DNA of 33,532 nucleotides from NCBI GenBank assembly GCA_022545645.1, contig JACZQQ010000001.1:1-33532 (forward strand), read 5' to 3'. The notes below the pieces were generated by a model. The model saw nothing but the letters and a program-made list of their open reading frames with translations. It was not told the origin of the DNA and searched no databases. Source of the stretch: Acidobacteriota bacterium. Its GTDB lineage: Bacteria; Acidobacteriota; UBA6911; RPQK01; JADFOI01. Made by a program: the position numbers and the translations under genes. The stretch's first letter is position 1; each line of letters starts with the position of its first letter. This document shows positions 14,462 to 23,140 of this stretch, piece after piece.

Positions 14462-16780
14462 TTAAATTAGCCCTTCTCGTCTGCGAAGGATCCACTCGCC
14501 AAAAAGTAAAGCCATGAGCAGCACAAGATTGAACGGCATATCCCAGAGATCCAGCACTTCGATGACGGATGTTTGAGATTGAGTGTAGAGGATTTCCTCC
14601 GGTAATCTTTCGACGTCGGAAGCCGTGTAGTAGTTCCCTCCCGTTTCCTGTGCCAGCTTCTCCAGAAAGTCTTTCTTCTGGAATGCCTCAAAGTATTCTC
14701 GTGAACCGGTGGAGGTCAAAAAGGAAGTTTTGGCTTGCCGTTCTTTATCGCTTTCGGCAAGAGCACTGGCCGTAGCCTTGATCTCAACTGCATAGAAGCC
14801 ATCTTCGTGAGGGGTCAACTGGCCTCTGTAAATACCGTCCTCCTGAGCATCCCACTGAAGGGGTAGCGTGAAAATCTCTCCGGAGGGAGAAGTAATCGTG
14901 GCTTCAACGCGGGCATCATTGATTCGATTGAAAGCCTTGTCGCTCACCTCGGCTCGAAGATCGACCACCTCGTTTTGAGAGTAGACCTCGCGTTTTGTTT
15001 CCACGGTAATGGGATTTTTTGCCGAACGGACCAGCCAGCGCAGCATCTGTCTCCAAAACGTCTCGTGCTTTTGATCCTCCTGATCCTCAAGCATCTGCCA
15101 GCGCCAGCTGCTGCCGGTTAAAAGGGCCAGGGTGTGTCCGCGGCCGTATCGCTGAAAAACGACCAGCGGAATACCAGGCTGGTCGGGATCCAGACTCGAA
15201 GAGGTGTCCAGCCGGGCCAGAACCGTTGCCCCCGATTTGGTGTCTCTAACAACATTCCAATCCGTCAGTACTGGAATCTCATCCCATTCGGAAGCGTTGT
15301 TCCCTTCTATGGAGGAAAGCTGGAGGGCGGGATGGTTCAACCCTTGATCGGTCAATCGCAACTTGCTTTCCCCCTGGGCATACATGGATTCGGAGCCGGA
15401 ACGATCTTCATCACTGGCTTGCAGCCAGACCGGAAGGATTTCCTCAATGGGGGTGTTCTGATACTGGCCGGAAGCAAAGGAAGAACTGCCCCCTAACATC
15501 ATGAAACCGCCCCCCCGTTTGCCTACAAAATCACGTACCATTTCCATCTGAGGGTAGGTAAAGAAGGAGGATTCAACACTCCCAAAGAGGATGCCCTGGT
15601 ACTGAAAGAGCTCTTCTCTTTCTGAGGGAAAGCCGGCTGCCAGGGTGGTCTCTTCTTCGATTCCCTGACGATAAAATTTATTGAGGGCGGTTCGCAGCAA
15701 TGTGACCAGGCGAACGTTCTTGTCTTCCGCCATGGACCGGCGGATAAATTTGTATTCCCAGCGCGGATGCCCTTCCACATAGAGAATTCGGGCTGCCAGG
15801 TTTTGAACGTCCATAATGGTGGTTCGAGTGTTATTCTCCAGAATCTCTTCGCCTTCCAGGGGCTTTAGAGAGAAGTGATAGCTCTTGATTCCCTCTGATT
15901 TGGGTATGATCTTCACCTCGGTGGTAAAGGTGTCGGAATCTCGGGGAAAGTGAACTTCCTTGGTCTGCACTAGAGTGTTCCCCTCCCGAACTTCGAGGCG
16001 ACCGCGGCTGCCACCAAAACCGCTGTGCCGGAAAGTCACCCGAGCAACCGAGAGCGTTTCGGGTGCCGAAACCCGGGGTGCACTGACATGGGTGATCTCC
16101 ACGTCCCGGGTCAAGGACTCGGGACCCAGACCGATGGTATGAATGGGAATCTGGCGAGCCTTCAATTCGGCAAGGACTTCCTGGAAGTCTCGGTAGCTGT
16201 TGTCTGAGCCGTCCGTGAATAGGAGAATCCCGGCAAGGGGTAAATTCTTGGTTTCCGTCAAGACCCCTTCAATTCCTTTGACGATGTTGGTCTGGTCTCC
16301 CTTCCAGTCCAGTTCCAGAGACTCTTCAACTCTTCGAACCTGCGAATCGAACTGAAAAAGGCGCACATAGAACTTCTCATCCAGCGCCTCCAGAAAGTCG
16401 GACTCCTCAGCAAGCAGTTCCTCTGCCTTCTGACCTCTGGGCTGGTTGGTTTCGGTGGGAATGCCCATGCTCCGCGAATTGTCCACCAGAATGGCCAGCA
16501 GGTTCTCTTTGGGAACAAGCCGGGAGAGGACCAAACCCGGCCTCATGCACAAGAGGAGCAGAACCAGAAAGAAAGCGCAGCGAAGGGCAAGCAGTCCCCA
16601 GCCGGCCCTCCTTCTCTTCACTTGCAGCAACCTGTGGCGATAGACCAGGAAAAGCAGGGCCGCAAGCGATACGATCAGCAGTCCAATGGTCCAGTAGCTC
16701 AGGCCCCACTGGAAAGTGAATTCGCCCCGCTGAAAAAAGAAAGGTCGGTATTTGAAGAAAAAGGTGAATAGATTTTCCAT
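14462..16780 (-). CDS. membrane-anchored vWA domain protein (N-terminal TM pair, MIDAS, GATase1-like middle region, C-terminal TM)
   Basis: 772 aa. MIDAS motifs are LAILVDNSRSM (DxSxS) and LLFTDGSDNS. ARILYVEGHPRWEYKFIRR is typical of Bat-cluster membrane proteins. C-terminal anchor is FNLVLLMALLFGEWIL. Confidence 0.8.
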   Translation of the reverse strand: MENLFTFFFKYRPFFFQRGEFTFQWGLSYWTIGLLIVSLAALLFLVYRHRLLQVKRRRAGWGLLALRCAFFLVLLLLCMRPGLVLSRLVPKENLLAILVDNSRSMGIPTETNQPRGQKAEELLAEESDFLEALDEKFYVRLFQFDSQVRRVEESLELDWKGDQTNIVKGIEGVLTETKNLPLAGILLFTDGSDNSYRDFQEVLAELKARQIPIHTIGLGPESLTRDVEITHVSAPRVSAPETLSVARVTFRHSGFGGSRGRLEVREGNTLVQTKEVHFPRDSDTFTTEVKIIPKSEGIKSYHFSLKPLEGEEILENNTRTTIMDVQNLAARILYVEGHPRWEYKFIRRSMAEDKNVRLVTLLRTALNKFYRQGIEEETTLAAGFPSEREELFQYQGILFGSVESSFFTYPQMEMVRDFVGKRGGGFMMLGGSSSFASGQYQNTPIEEILPVWLQASDEDRSGSESMYAQGESKLRLTDQGLNHPALQLSSIEGNNASEWDEIPVLTDWNVVRDTKSGATVLARLDTSSSLDPDQPGIPLVVFQRYGRGHTLALLTGSSWRWQMLEDQEDQKHETFWRQMLRWLVRSAKNPITVETKREVYSQNEVVDLRAEVSDKAFNRINDARVEATITSPSGEIFTLPLQWDAQEDGIYRGQLTPHEDGFYAVEIKATASALAESDKERQAKTSFLTSTGSREYFEAFQKKDFLEKLAQETGGNYYTASDVERLPEEILYTQSQTSVIEVLDLWDMPFNLVLLMALLFGEWILRRREGLI

Positions 16781-16921
16781 GGTCGACCCTGGCCCACTGA
16801 TCGAAACCGTTGATCACTCATCATACCAGGGTTTTCCCGCAAGTTAGAACCGTATTGGGCAGGATCATCAACAAAACCGGAATGGAGGTTCCGTACCTCT
16901 CTTCTTATCCTTCTTACCGCC

Positions 16922-17071
16922 TTACCGCTTCGAAACCAGCCAGACAATGATTCCTGTGGGAATGGCGATACTGGTGATCAAAAGCCAAAAGGCGAGCAGT
17001 GAATCGCGCACAGGAAATTCCACCATGTACATCACCGTTCCGATACATAGCCAAAAGAACCAGCGTGTCAT
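16922..17071 (-). CDS. possible 49-aa two-TM micro-protein (MTRWFFWLCIGTVMYMVEFPVRDSLLAFWLLITSIAIPTGIIVWLVSKR)
   Basis: Found by hand translation; it is below the ORF-track size cut-off. ATG at 17071 is preceded by an in-frame TAG. Hydrophobic hairpin topology. A weak hairpin plus GTTTTGTTG follows the stop. No clear RBS. Confidence 0.3.
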   Translation of the reverse strand: MTRWFFWLCIGTVMYMVEFPVRDSLLAFWLLITSIAIPTGIIVWLVSKR

Positions 17072-17213
17072 TTTCTACTTCGCCATCGATCAATCTTTAG
17101 AGGACCACCCACGATCCACCAGTATGGTCGAAAGTATAGTCGGGAACCCTGGCTTGTTGACCCTCCTGAGCCCGCTGGGGTAACCTTCCCGCGTAGAAGT
17201 GGGAAGGAAAATA

Positions 17214-18539
17214 ATGCCGTTGACACCTGAGAATTCGCCCTCTCAAATTCGTGTGGCGCTGGCCGGCCTGGGAACGGTTGGGCGAGGGGTGGTGCGACTT
17301 TTACAAGAGGAAGGGGCCCGCTATCGTCAAAGCTTGGGACTCGATTTACGGCTGGTGTTGATTCTGGACAGGAGTTACCGCCAAAAAGATACCTCTTGGA
17401 TCTCATCGGATGTGAAGTTTACGGAGTCCCTGGACGACTTTCTTGAGACCCCTTCAGATGTCATCGTGGAACTGATCGGAGGTCAGGACCCGGCCGATCA
17501 GATTATTCGTGCTGGTCTGGAAGAAGGTAAAAGTGTGGTGACTGCCAACAAGCTGCTGATGGCCCGTTTGGGTCCCGAGTATTTGAAGCTGGCGGCCCAG
17601 AGGAATGCCTATTTGGGATTTGAAGCCTCGGTGGCTGGGGGGATCCCGATCATCCAGGTGGTGACTCGTTCTATTTTTCCCGACCGGATCTCACAGGTGC
17701 GAGGAATCCTCAACGGCACCAGTAATTTCATTCTTTCGGAGATGGCCGATGGTGGCAGCGATTACCAGGATGCTCTCACCCGGGCCCAATCCCTGGGTTA
17801 TGCAGAGGCCGATCCTTCCCTGGATGTCTCAGGAGAAGATGCCCGGGACAAACTGGCGATCCTGAGCGCGCTTTGTTTTCATACCGCAGTCGATCCCGAT
17901 CAGATCCCCACACAAGGTGTGACCGAGATTACCCCGGTCGATTTTCTTTATGCTCGGCGCCTGGATGCGACCATCAAGTTGCTGGGGGTGGCTACAAACA
18001 ACGGTCCAAAGCCATCTTTGCGTGTGGCTCCGTTTTTGATCGACAATGGGCTCCCATTATCGAAGATCTCAGGGGTCCTCAATGCGGTGGAGGTCACGGG
18101 AGCGACTCTAGGGTCGGTGCTCATCAGCGGGAAGGGTGCCGGCGAAGGCCCGACTGCTGTCTCCGTTGTGGCGGACATCTTGGAAGCAGCACGGCAGACA
18201 AGGAGCATCTCCCAGGCCATTCCTTCCGAGTCCGGTTCTGAAGCCGAGCTGTCTGACCCGGTAGCCGGCAGCGACTGCGATGAGCGCTATCCTTTCTATT
18301 TGCGCTTTTTTATCAAGGACCGTCCGGGCATCATTTCGACCCTTGCCCAGATCCTGGGTGAGAGAAAAATCAATATTGACCTGGTCCTGCAGGAAAACTG
18401 GGCCGATCGATCGAACTACCCCTTTGTCATCACGGTCGAACCCACGCGTTTTTCCTCCATGCGAGAAGCGGTCGATGAGATGAAGAAGCTGGACTTTAAC
18501 CGCGTGGACCCTTTAGCTCTCCCCGTGCTGAAGGAATAA
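17214..18539 (+). CDS. hom: homoserine dehydrogenase
   Basis: NAD-binding site VALAGLGTVG. The central catalytic region shows NGTSNFIL and LGYAEADPSLDVSGEDA. A C-terminal ACT domain is present. I prefer the ATG at 17214 (GGAAGG 6 nt upstream) over the GTG at 17199. Confidence 0.9.
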   Translation: MPLTPENSPSQIRVALAGLGTVGRGVVRLLQEEGARYRQSLGLDLRLVLILDRSYRQKDTSWISSDVKFTESLDDFLETPSDVIVELIGGQDPADQIIRAGLEEGKSVVTANKLLMARLGPEYLKLAAQRNAYLGFEASVAGGIPIIQVVTRSIFPDRISQVRGILNGTSNFILSEMADGGSDYQDALTRAQSLGYAEADPSLDVSGEDARDKLAILSALCFHTAVDPDQIPTQGVTEITPVDFLYARRLDATIKLLGVATNNGPKPSLRVAPFLIDNGLPLSKISGVLNAVEVTGATLGSVLISGKGAGEGPTAVSVVADILEAARQTRSISQAIPSESGSEAELSDPVAGSDCDERYPFYLRFFIKDRPGIISTLAQILGERKINIDLVLQENWADRSNYPFVITVEPTRFSSMREAVDEMKKLDFNRVDPLALPVLKE

Positions 18540-18559
18540 GTTATAATTCCTGGTTTTAA

Positions 18560-18632
18560 GGCGGTGTAGCTCAGAGGTTAGAGCAAGCGGCTCATATCCG
18601 CTGCGTCGGGGGTTCGAATCCCTCCACCGCTA
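18560..18632 (+). tRNA. tRNA with anticodon CAT (elongator Met or lysidine-dependent Ile2; not distinguishable by eye)
   Basis: Hand-folded cloverleaf. Acceptor GGCGGTG/CACCGCT (G1-U72 wobble). D arm GCTC-AGAGGTTA-GAGC. Anticodon arm AGCGG-CTCATAT-CCGCT. Variable loop GCGTC. T arm GGGGG-TTCGAAT-CCCTC. Discriminator A. No encoded CCA. Confidence 0.9.
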
Positions 18633-18680
18633 GAGTACCCCTTCGCTTCCGAGAGCGTCACTGTTGTTCTTGGGGAAACG

Positions 18681-19679
18681 ATGAAACCATATTTCCGGCC
18701 CCGCCGATTACGCGAAAATCCGATTCTGAGAAGGATGGTCCAGGAGACTCGGCTTTCGGTAGATCAGCTGATCTATCCTGTTTTTGTACGCGAGGGAAAA
18801 GGGATTCGGGAAGAAATTCCTTCGATGCCCGGGCAGTACCGCTTCTCCCCAGACACGTTGGTCGAGGAACTGCAGTCCGTCAGGGAACTCTCGATTCCAG
18901 CCGTGATCCTTTTTGGAATTCCCGCTCAAGAGAAGAAAGACCCTGTGGGGAGTGCGGGTTATGCCCGAGATGGGGTCGTTTGCCAAGCCCTGGAGACGGC
19001 TCGAAAGAAGGTTCCCGATTTACTTTTGATCGCCGATGTGTGTCTCTGTGAATACACCGATCACGGACACTGTGGAATCGTCAAGGAAGGTCCTGTGGAG
19101 GGTCAGGGAATCGTCCACAACGATGAGACTTTGGAGATCCTGGCCCGAGCAGCGCTGGCTTATGCTCAGGCCGGTGCCCATGTGGTTGCCCCATCGGACA
19201 TGATGGACGGCCGAGTTGGAGCCATTCGAGAAGCCTTGGATGAGGAGCAATTGGAACATGTTCCCATTCTTTCCTACGCGGCCAAGTATGCCTCCGCCTT
19301 TTACGGTCCTTTTCGAGAGGCTGCCGAATCTGTTCCCCGGTTCGGGGACCGGAAGAGCTACCAGATGGATCCGGCCAACTCTCGCGAAGCCTTAAAGGAA
19401 GTGGAACTCGATCTGGAGGAGGGTGCAGACATCGTTATGGTCAAGCCGGCTTTGCCCTATCTCGACGTCATTTTTCAGGTTCGCCAGATGACCACCGTCC
19501 CCTTAGCGGCTTATCAGGTGAGTGGAGAATATTCCTCCTTGTGTGCCGCCTTTTCCCAAAACTGGTTACAGCGGGAGGCCACTTTGATGGAGACCCTGCT
19601 GGCAATTCGCCGGGCTGGAGCCGATCTGATTCTCACCTACTTCGCCAAGGAAGCGGCCCAGATCCTCAAAAAGGGTTAG
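18681..19679 (+). CDS. hemB: porphobilinogen synthase (delta-aminolevulinic acid dehydratase), Zn-type
   Basis: N-terminus RPRRLRENPILRRMVQETRL. The Cys-rich zinc site DVCLCEYTDHGHCG and the active-site region MVKPALPYLD are present. Confidence 0.95.
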   Translation: MKPYFRPRRLRENPILRRMVQETRLSVDQLIYPVFVREGKGIREEIPSMPGQYRFSPDTLVEELQSVRELSIPAVILFGIPAQEKKDPVGSAGYARDGVVCQALETARKKVPDLLLIADVCLCEYTDHGHCGIVKEGPVEGQGIVHNDETLEILARAALAYAQAGAHVVAPSDMMDGRVGAIREALDEEQLEHVPILSYAAKYASAFYGPFREAAESVPRFGDRKSYQMDPANSREALKEVELDLEEGADIVMVKPALPYLDVIFQVRQMTTVPLAAYQVSGEYSSLCAAFSQNWLQREATLMETLLAIRRAGADLILTYFAKEAAQILKKG

Positions 19680-19685
19680 TTCTCG

Positions 19686-19759
19686 CCTTCCGGAAGGTTG
19701 TAGCGACCTCCGGAGCCCCGAAGGGGCGCCATGAAATAGCCAGGGGTGTAAGCCCCTGG
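19686..19759. repeat. REP-like hairpin trio between convergent hemB and carD (probable bidirectional terminator region)
   Basis: CCTTCCGGAAGG palindrome at 19686-19697. GCCCC-GAA-GGGGC at 19715-19727. CCAGGGG-TGTAAG-CCCCTGG at 19740-19759. This is the familiar 'GCCCCGAAGGGGC...ATAGCCAGGGG..CCCCTGG' type of intergenic element, which gives spurious ...PKGRHEIARGVSPWN... ORFs. Confidence 0.7.
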
Positions 19760-19792
19760 AATGTAGTGAGGGTGGTTCCGGACTCAGATTGG

Positions 19793-20308
19793 CTAGTTGG
19801 TGCTTTGAGCGGTAACCTTCTCATAGGTTGCGGTGAGCAACTCGTCGACCGCCTCTTCCACCTTGTCCAGAGGCTGGTCCTTCACAGTGGCAATCTCGGA
19901 GACAACCAATTGCCGGGCACGGTCAAACATCTTCTTTTCGCGAAAGGAAAGACTTTTTTGAAAACTCAAGAAGAAGAGGTTCTTCAGGACCTCGGCGACC
20001 TCGAAAATCGATCCTGAGTTCATTCTCTCCACATTGTCTTTATAACGGTTTTTCCAGTCAGGATTGTGCTCGGCGAAATCCTCCTTGAGGATCTTGAAGA
20101 GCTTGCCCACCTGTCTTTTGTCGCAAAGTCTTCGAATCCCCACGCTTTCGACGTTGTTCGTCGGGATCATCACCGTGGAATTGTTGGACACGATCCTGAG
20201 CATATAAAACTCTGCCTGGAGACCTGCGATGTTCTTGGTACAAATATCCTCGATAATTCCAACACCCTGATTCGGGTAGATGACTTTTTCCCCAACTTTA
20301 TATTCCAT
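19793..20308 (-). CDS. carD: CarD/CdnL family transcriptional regulator
   Basis: N-terminus MEYKVGEKVIYPNQGVGIIEDI (CarD_CdnL_TRCF RNAP-interacting domain). 171 aa. GGGAGG RBS. Confidence 0.85.
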   Translation of the reverse strand: MEYKVGEKVIYPNQGVGIIEDICTKNIAGLQAEFYMLRIVSNNSTVMIPTNNVESVGIRRLCDKRQVGKLFKILKEDFAEHNPDWKNRYKDNVERMNSGSIFEVAEVLKNLFFLSFQKSLSFREKKMFDRARQLVVSEIATVKDQPLDKVEEAVDELLTATYEKVTAQSTN

Positions 20309-20347
20309 CCAGCCTCCCTGAGCGGTTAAAAAAGGTGAGCAATCTCC

Positions 20348-20376
20348 ATTTTACGTGACCGCAGTTCTTTTGTCAA
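20348..20376 (-). promoter_or_regulatory. sigma-70-type promoter for carD
   Basis: The minus strand reads TTGACA (20376-20371), a 17-nt spacer, then TAAAAT (20353-20348). It lies ~40 nt upstream of the carD ATG. Confidence 0.5.
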
Positions 20377-20407
20377 AGTCGCGATCCGTGCCAGGTGGAA
20401 CTTCCGA

Positions 20408-21655
20408 CTAGGTGGTAGGAATTTGTTTCCGTTCCAGGTTGGACAGATCGAAGGCCTCGTGGAGCGCACGGATCGCGCTATCTAATTGATCCTCCAGGAT
20501 GATACAGGCGATCCGGATCTCCGATGAGCTGATTAGCTGGATATTGATCTCGTTGTCGGCCAGAGCCTGAAACATTCGTGCGGCTACGCCGGGATTGCTG
20601 GCCACCCCGGAGCCGATGACAGAGACCCTGGCGACGTGGGTATCCACTTGAATCTCTTGGGCTTCTACCTCCTTGGACACTCTTTGCAAAATCTCCTGGG
20701 AGTGTTGGGCATCCTCCTGAGAGATAATCAGTGAGAAGTCGTTGGTTTGATCGTGCCGAATTCCCTGGATGATCAGCTGAATGTGGACGTTGGCATCGGC
20801 CAAGGTTTTTGAGATCCTGGCGGCTACCCCGGGAATGTCCTTGACTCGCATCAGGGCTATGCGGGCAATTTCGGCATCACCTGTCACGCCGGTGATCGCT
20901 ACTTTTTCCAAGAGTTCCTCCCTAACAACGGTTGTCCCTGGTCGATGGTGGAAGCTCGACCGTACCTCCAGGGGTATATCATACTTACTGGCAATTTCAA
21001 CGCAGCGTGGGTGCAGGACGTGAGAACCGGAAGCTGCAAATTCCAACATCTCGTCGTAGCCAATAAATTCCAGGAGACGAGCGTCAGAGACAATCCGGGG
21101 ACTGGCGGTAAAGACACCGTCCACATCCGTGTAAATCTCGCACACGGGAGATTTCAGTGCCGCAGCCAGAGCCGTCGCGGTGGTGTCGGATCCTCCGCGT
21201 CCCAAAGTGGTAATTTCCTGATCCGAAGTGATTCCCTGAAAGCCGGCGACGATAACGATGTTTCCTTCTTCCAGAAATTTGTAAATCTTGTCCGTGGCAA
21301 TATTTTGAATCCGCGCACGAGAGAAATTCCCATCCGTCAAAATTCCGCATTGAGCTCCAGTCAGAGCGATGGCGTTGGCTCCCAGTTCATGGACAGCCAT
21401 GGCGAGCAATGCGATGGACACCTGCTCGCCGGTGGTCAGCAGCATGTCGAGCTCTCTTGCCCGGGGTCTTGGGGTGATCTGTAAGGCCATACCCAGCAAC
21501 TTATCGGTGGTCTTGGCCATGGCCGATACCACCACCAGTTGAGGTATTCCTTGCTGGTGCTCGGATGCCAAATCCTGAGCTACGGAACGAATGGACTCAA
21601 CGGACCCGACGGAGGTGCCGCCATACTTCTTCACCTTGACGGGCAGGTCGATCAT
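20408..21655 (-). CDS. lysC: aspartate kinase (with two C-terminal ACT domains)
   Basis: VKKYGGTSVGS near the N-terminus, then GRGGSDTTA, then ACT repeats. The start overlaps the thrC stop by 4 nt. Confidence 0.9.
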   Translation of the reverse strand: MIDLPVKVKKYGGTSVGSVESIRSVAQDLASEHQQGIPQLVVVSAMAKTTDKLLGMALQITPRPRARELDMLLTTGEQVSIALLAMAVHELGANAIALTGAQCGILTDGNFSRARIQNIATDKIYKFLEEGNIVIVAGFQGITSDQEITTLGRGGSDTTATALAAALKSPVCEIYTDVDGVFTASPRIVSDARLLEFIGYDEMLEFAASGSHVLHPRCVEIASKYDIPLEVRSSFHHRPGTTVVREELLEKVAITGVTGDAEIARIALMRVKDIPGVAARISKTLADANVHIQLIIQGIRHDQTNDFSLIISQEDAQHSQEILQRVSKEVEAQEIQVDTHVARVSVIGSGVASNPGVAARMFQALADNEINIQLISSSEIRIACIILEDQLDSAIRALHEAFDLSNLERKQIPTT

Positions 21656-22905
21656 GCAGGCGCCCCTACGGGGAGAGCCTGCTGTCCCTCATACCATTCA
21701 CGAAAGATTTTCAAATTGGGTCGTAGGGTCACATCGACTTCAAAGGGAGACTCGAAGACATCGAGGGTCTTGTATCCATTTCCGGTAATGGCCACCACGA
21801 TGGTCTCCTCAGGATTGATGCGCTCTTGCCGGAGCAGTTTGATCGTTGCCGCCAGCGTGGTCCCGCCGGCGGGTTCCGTGAAGATCCCTTCTTTTTCCGC
21901 CAGCAATTCGATGGCCTCCAGGATCTCGCTGTCGGTGGCCATCTCTCCCCAACCACCCGACCGGCGGACTTCCTGAAGGACGTAAATCCCGTCTGCCGGG
22001 TTGCCAATGGCAATGGACTTGGCCAGGGTTTTGGGTTTCTCTGGATTGATGAAATCCAAGTCCTGGTGGAGCGATCGAACAATAGGGGCACAGCCCTCTG
22101 CCTGAGCACAATAGATCCGGCATTTTCCCTTCACCCATCCCAGGTCAGTGAACTCCTGAAAGGCCCTGGCAACCTTGGGCAGGAGCGTTCCGCCGGCAGT
22201 GGGCAGGATGAGATGGTCCGGAAGTCTCCAGCCCAGTTGCTCCGCAATTTCATAGCCCATCGTTTTGGCACCTTCGGTGTAGTAGGGTCTCAGATTGACG
22301 TTTACGAATCCCCACCCGTAATGGTCGCCAATCTCAGCGCACAGGCGGTTCACGTCGTCGTAATTTCCCTCCAGTGCCACCACCTTTGGCTTGCAGATGA
22401 GCGAGCCGCTGATCTTGGCCGCTTCAATGTCCTGGGGAATGAAAAGCAAGCAGGGGAAACCGGCCTGAGCGCAGTGGGCTGCAACTGCGTTGGCTAGATT
22501 TCCCGTTGAGGCACAGGAAAAAACGCTATAACCCAATTCGGCGCCTCGACTCAAAGCAACTGGAACCACCCGGTCCTTGTAAGAGAGAGTGGGGCGGTTC
22601 ACGGAATCGTCCTTCAAATACAGTTCCTTGACCCCAAGATGCTCGGCCAGCCGTCTGGATCTCACCAGAGGGGTGTAGCCGGAATGGAAGCCGGAAATGG
22701 GCTCTCCAGTCACAGGAAGCAGCTCTCGATAGCGCCAGAGATTTTCTGGCCGCTGGCTGATGATTTTTGGATTCAAATGGGACTGGATTTTGGAGTAATC
22801 GTAGCGGACTTCCAGGGGACCAAAGCACTCCAGACAGACGAAGCTTCGATCGGCCGGATAGCAGGTTCCACACTCTTTGCACTCTAAACCTTTGAGGTAA
22901 CTCAT
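21652..22905 (-). CDS. thrC: threonine synthase homologue (PLP fold-type II) with an N-terminal Cys4 zinc ribbon
   Basis: CKECGTCY...CLECFGPLEV ribbon. PLP-lysine motif PTLSYKDR. GNLANA is also present. The ATG at 22905 is preferred (AAAGGAG 9 nt upstream) over 22947. Confidence 0.8.
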   Translation of the reverse strand: MSYLKGLECKECGTCYPADRSFVCLECFGPLEVRYDYSKIQSHLNPKIISQRPENLWRYRELLPVTGEPISGFHSGYTPLVRSRRLAEHLGVKELYLKDDSVNRPTLSYKDRVVPVALSRGAELGYSVFSCASTGNLANAVAAHCAQAGFPCLLFIPQDIEAAKISGSLICKPKVVALEGNYDDVNRLCAEIGDHYGWGFVNVNLRPYYTEGAKTMGYEIAEQLGWRLPDHLILPTAGGTLLPKVARAFQEFTDLGWVKGKCRIYCAQAEGCAPIVRSLHQDLDFINPEKPKTLAKSIAIGNPADGIYVLQEVRRSGGWGEMATDSEILEAIELLAEKEGIFTEPAGGTTLAATIKLLRQERINPEETIVVAITGNGYKTLDVFESPFEVDVTLRPNLKIFREWYEGQQALPVGAPA

Positions 22906-22980
22906 AGAGTTGTGCTCCTTTCTCTGAAACCGGCTTTCCGATCCCATTAGAGGTCAGGAGTGGGTAACCAGGTCCAAGCT

Positions 22981-23015
22981 GAAAAGAAAAAGCCCTTTCT
23001 GGCAAGAAAGGGCCT
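22981..23015 (-). terminator. intrinsic terminator forming the expression platform of the SAM riboswitch
   Basis: The minus strand reads GGCCCTTTCT-TGCC-AGAAAGGGC followed by TTTTTCTTTTC. It sits between the aptamer and the thrC RBS. Confidence 0.8.
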
Positions 23016-23034
23016 CGACAGTTTCGATGCCGAA

Positions 23035-23132
23035 CTTATCTTCCAGATTGTCCTGTGGGAATTAGCACCAAGCCCATAGGGGCTGGTTGCTGTGGAATCA
23101 ACGGGCCCGTTCCCTCCGCCACTCCTGATAAG
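23035..23132 (-). promoter_or_regulatory. SAM-I (S-box) riboswitch aptamer
   Basis: The minus strand reads CUUAUCAGGAGUGGCGGAGGGAACGGGCCCGUUGAUUCCACAGCAACCAGCCCCUAUGGGCUUGGUGCUAAUUCCCACAGGACAAUCUGGAAGAUAAG. It matches the conserved S-box core (CUUAUCAAGAG.GG.GGAGGGA..GGCCC..UGA..CC..GCAACC....GGUGCUAAUUCC..CAG....GAAAGAUAAG) and closes with a P1 helix CUUAUC/GAUAAG. Confidence 0.85.
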
Positions 23133-23140
23133 TCCATGTG

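Noticed and set aside
14367-14495. N-terminal extension of the C13-like ORF (MDPSQTRRANLTSVLPAQRIGKRKQKKEKRRKRKENNVFIGKS)
   Set aside because: It is a K/R-rich translation of the purine-rich leader repeat. A proper signal peptide begins at the internal ATG at 14366.
17072-17213. Possible leader or attenuator upstream of hom (CTTCCC-n10-GGGAAG hairpin overlapping the RBS region)
   Set aside because: The stem is only 6 bp. There is no terminator and no resemblance to a known riboswitch core, so the evidence is insufficient.
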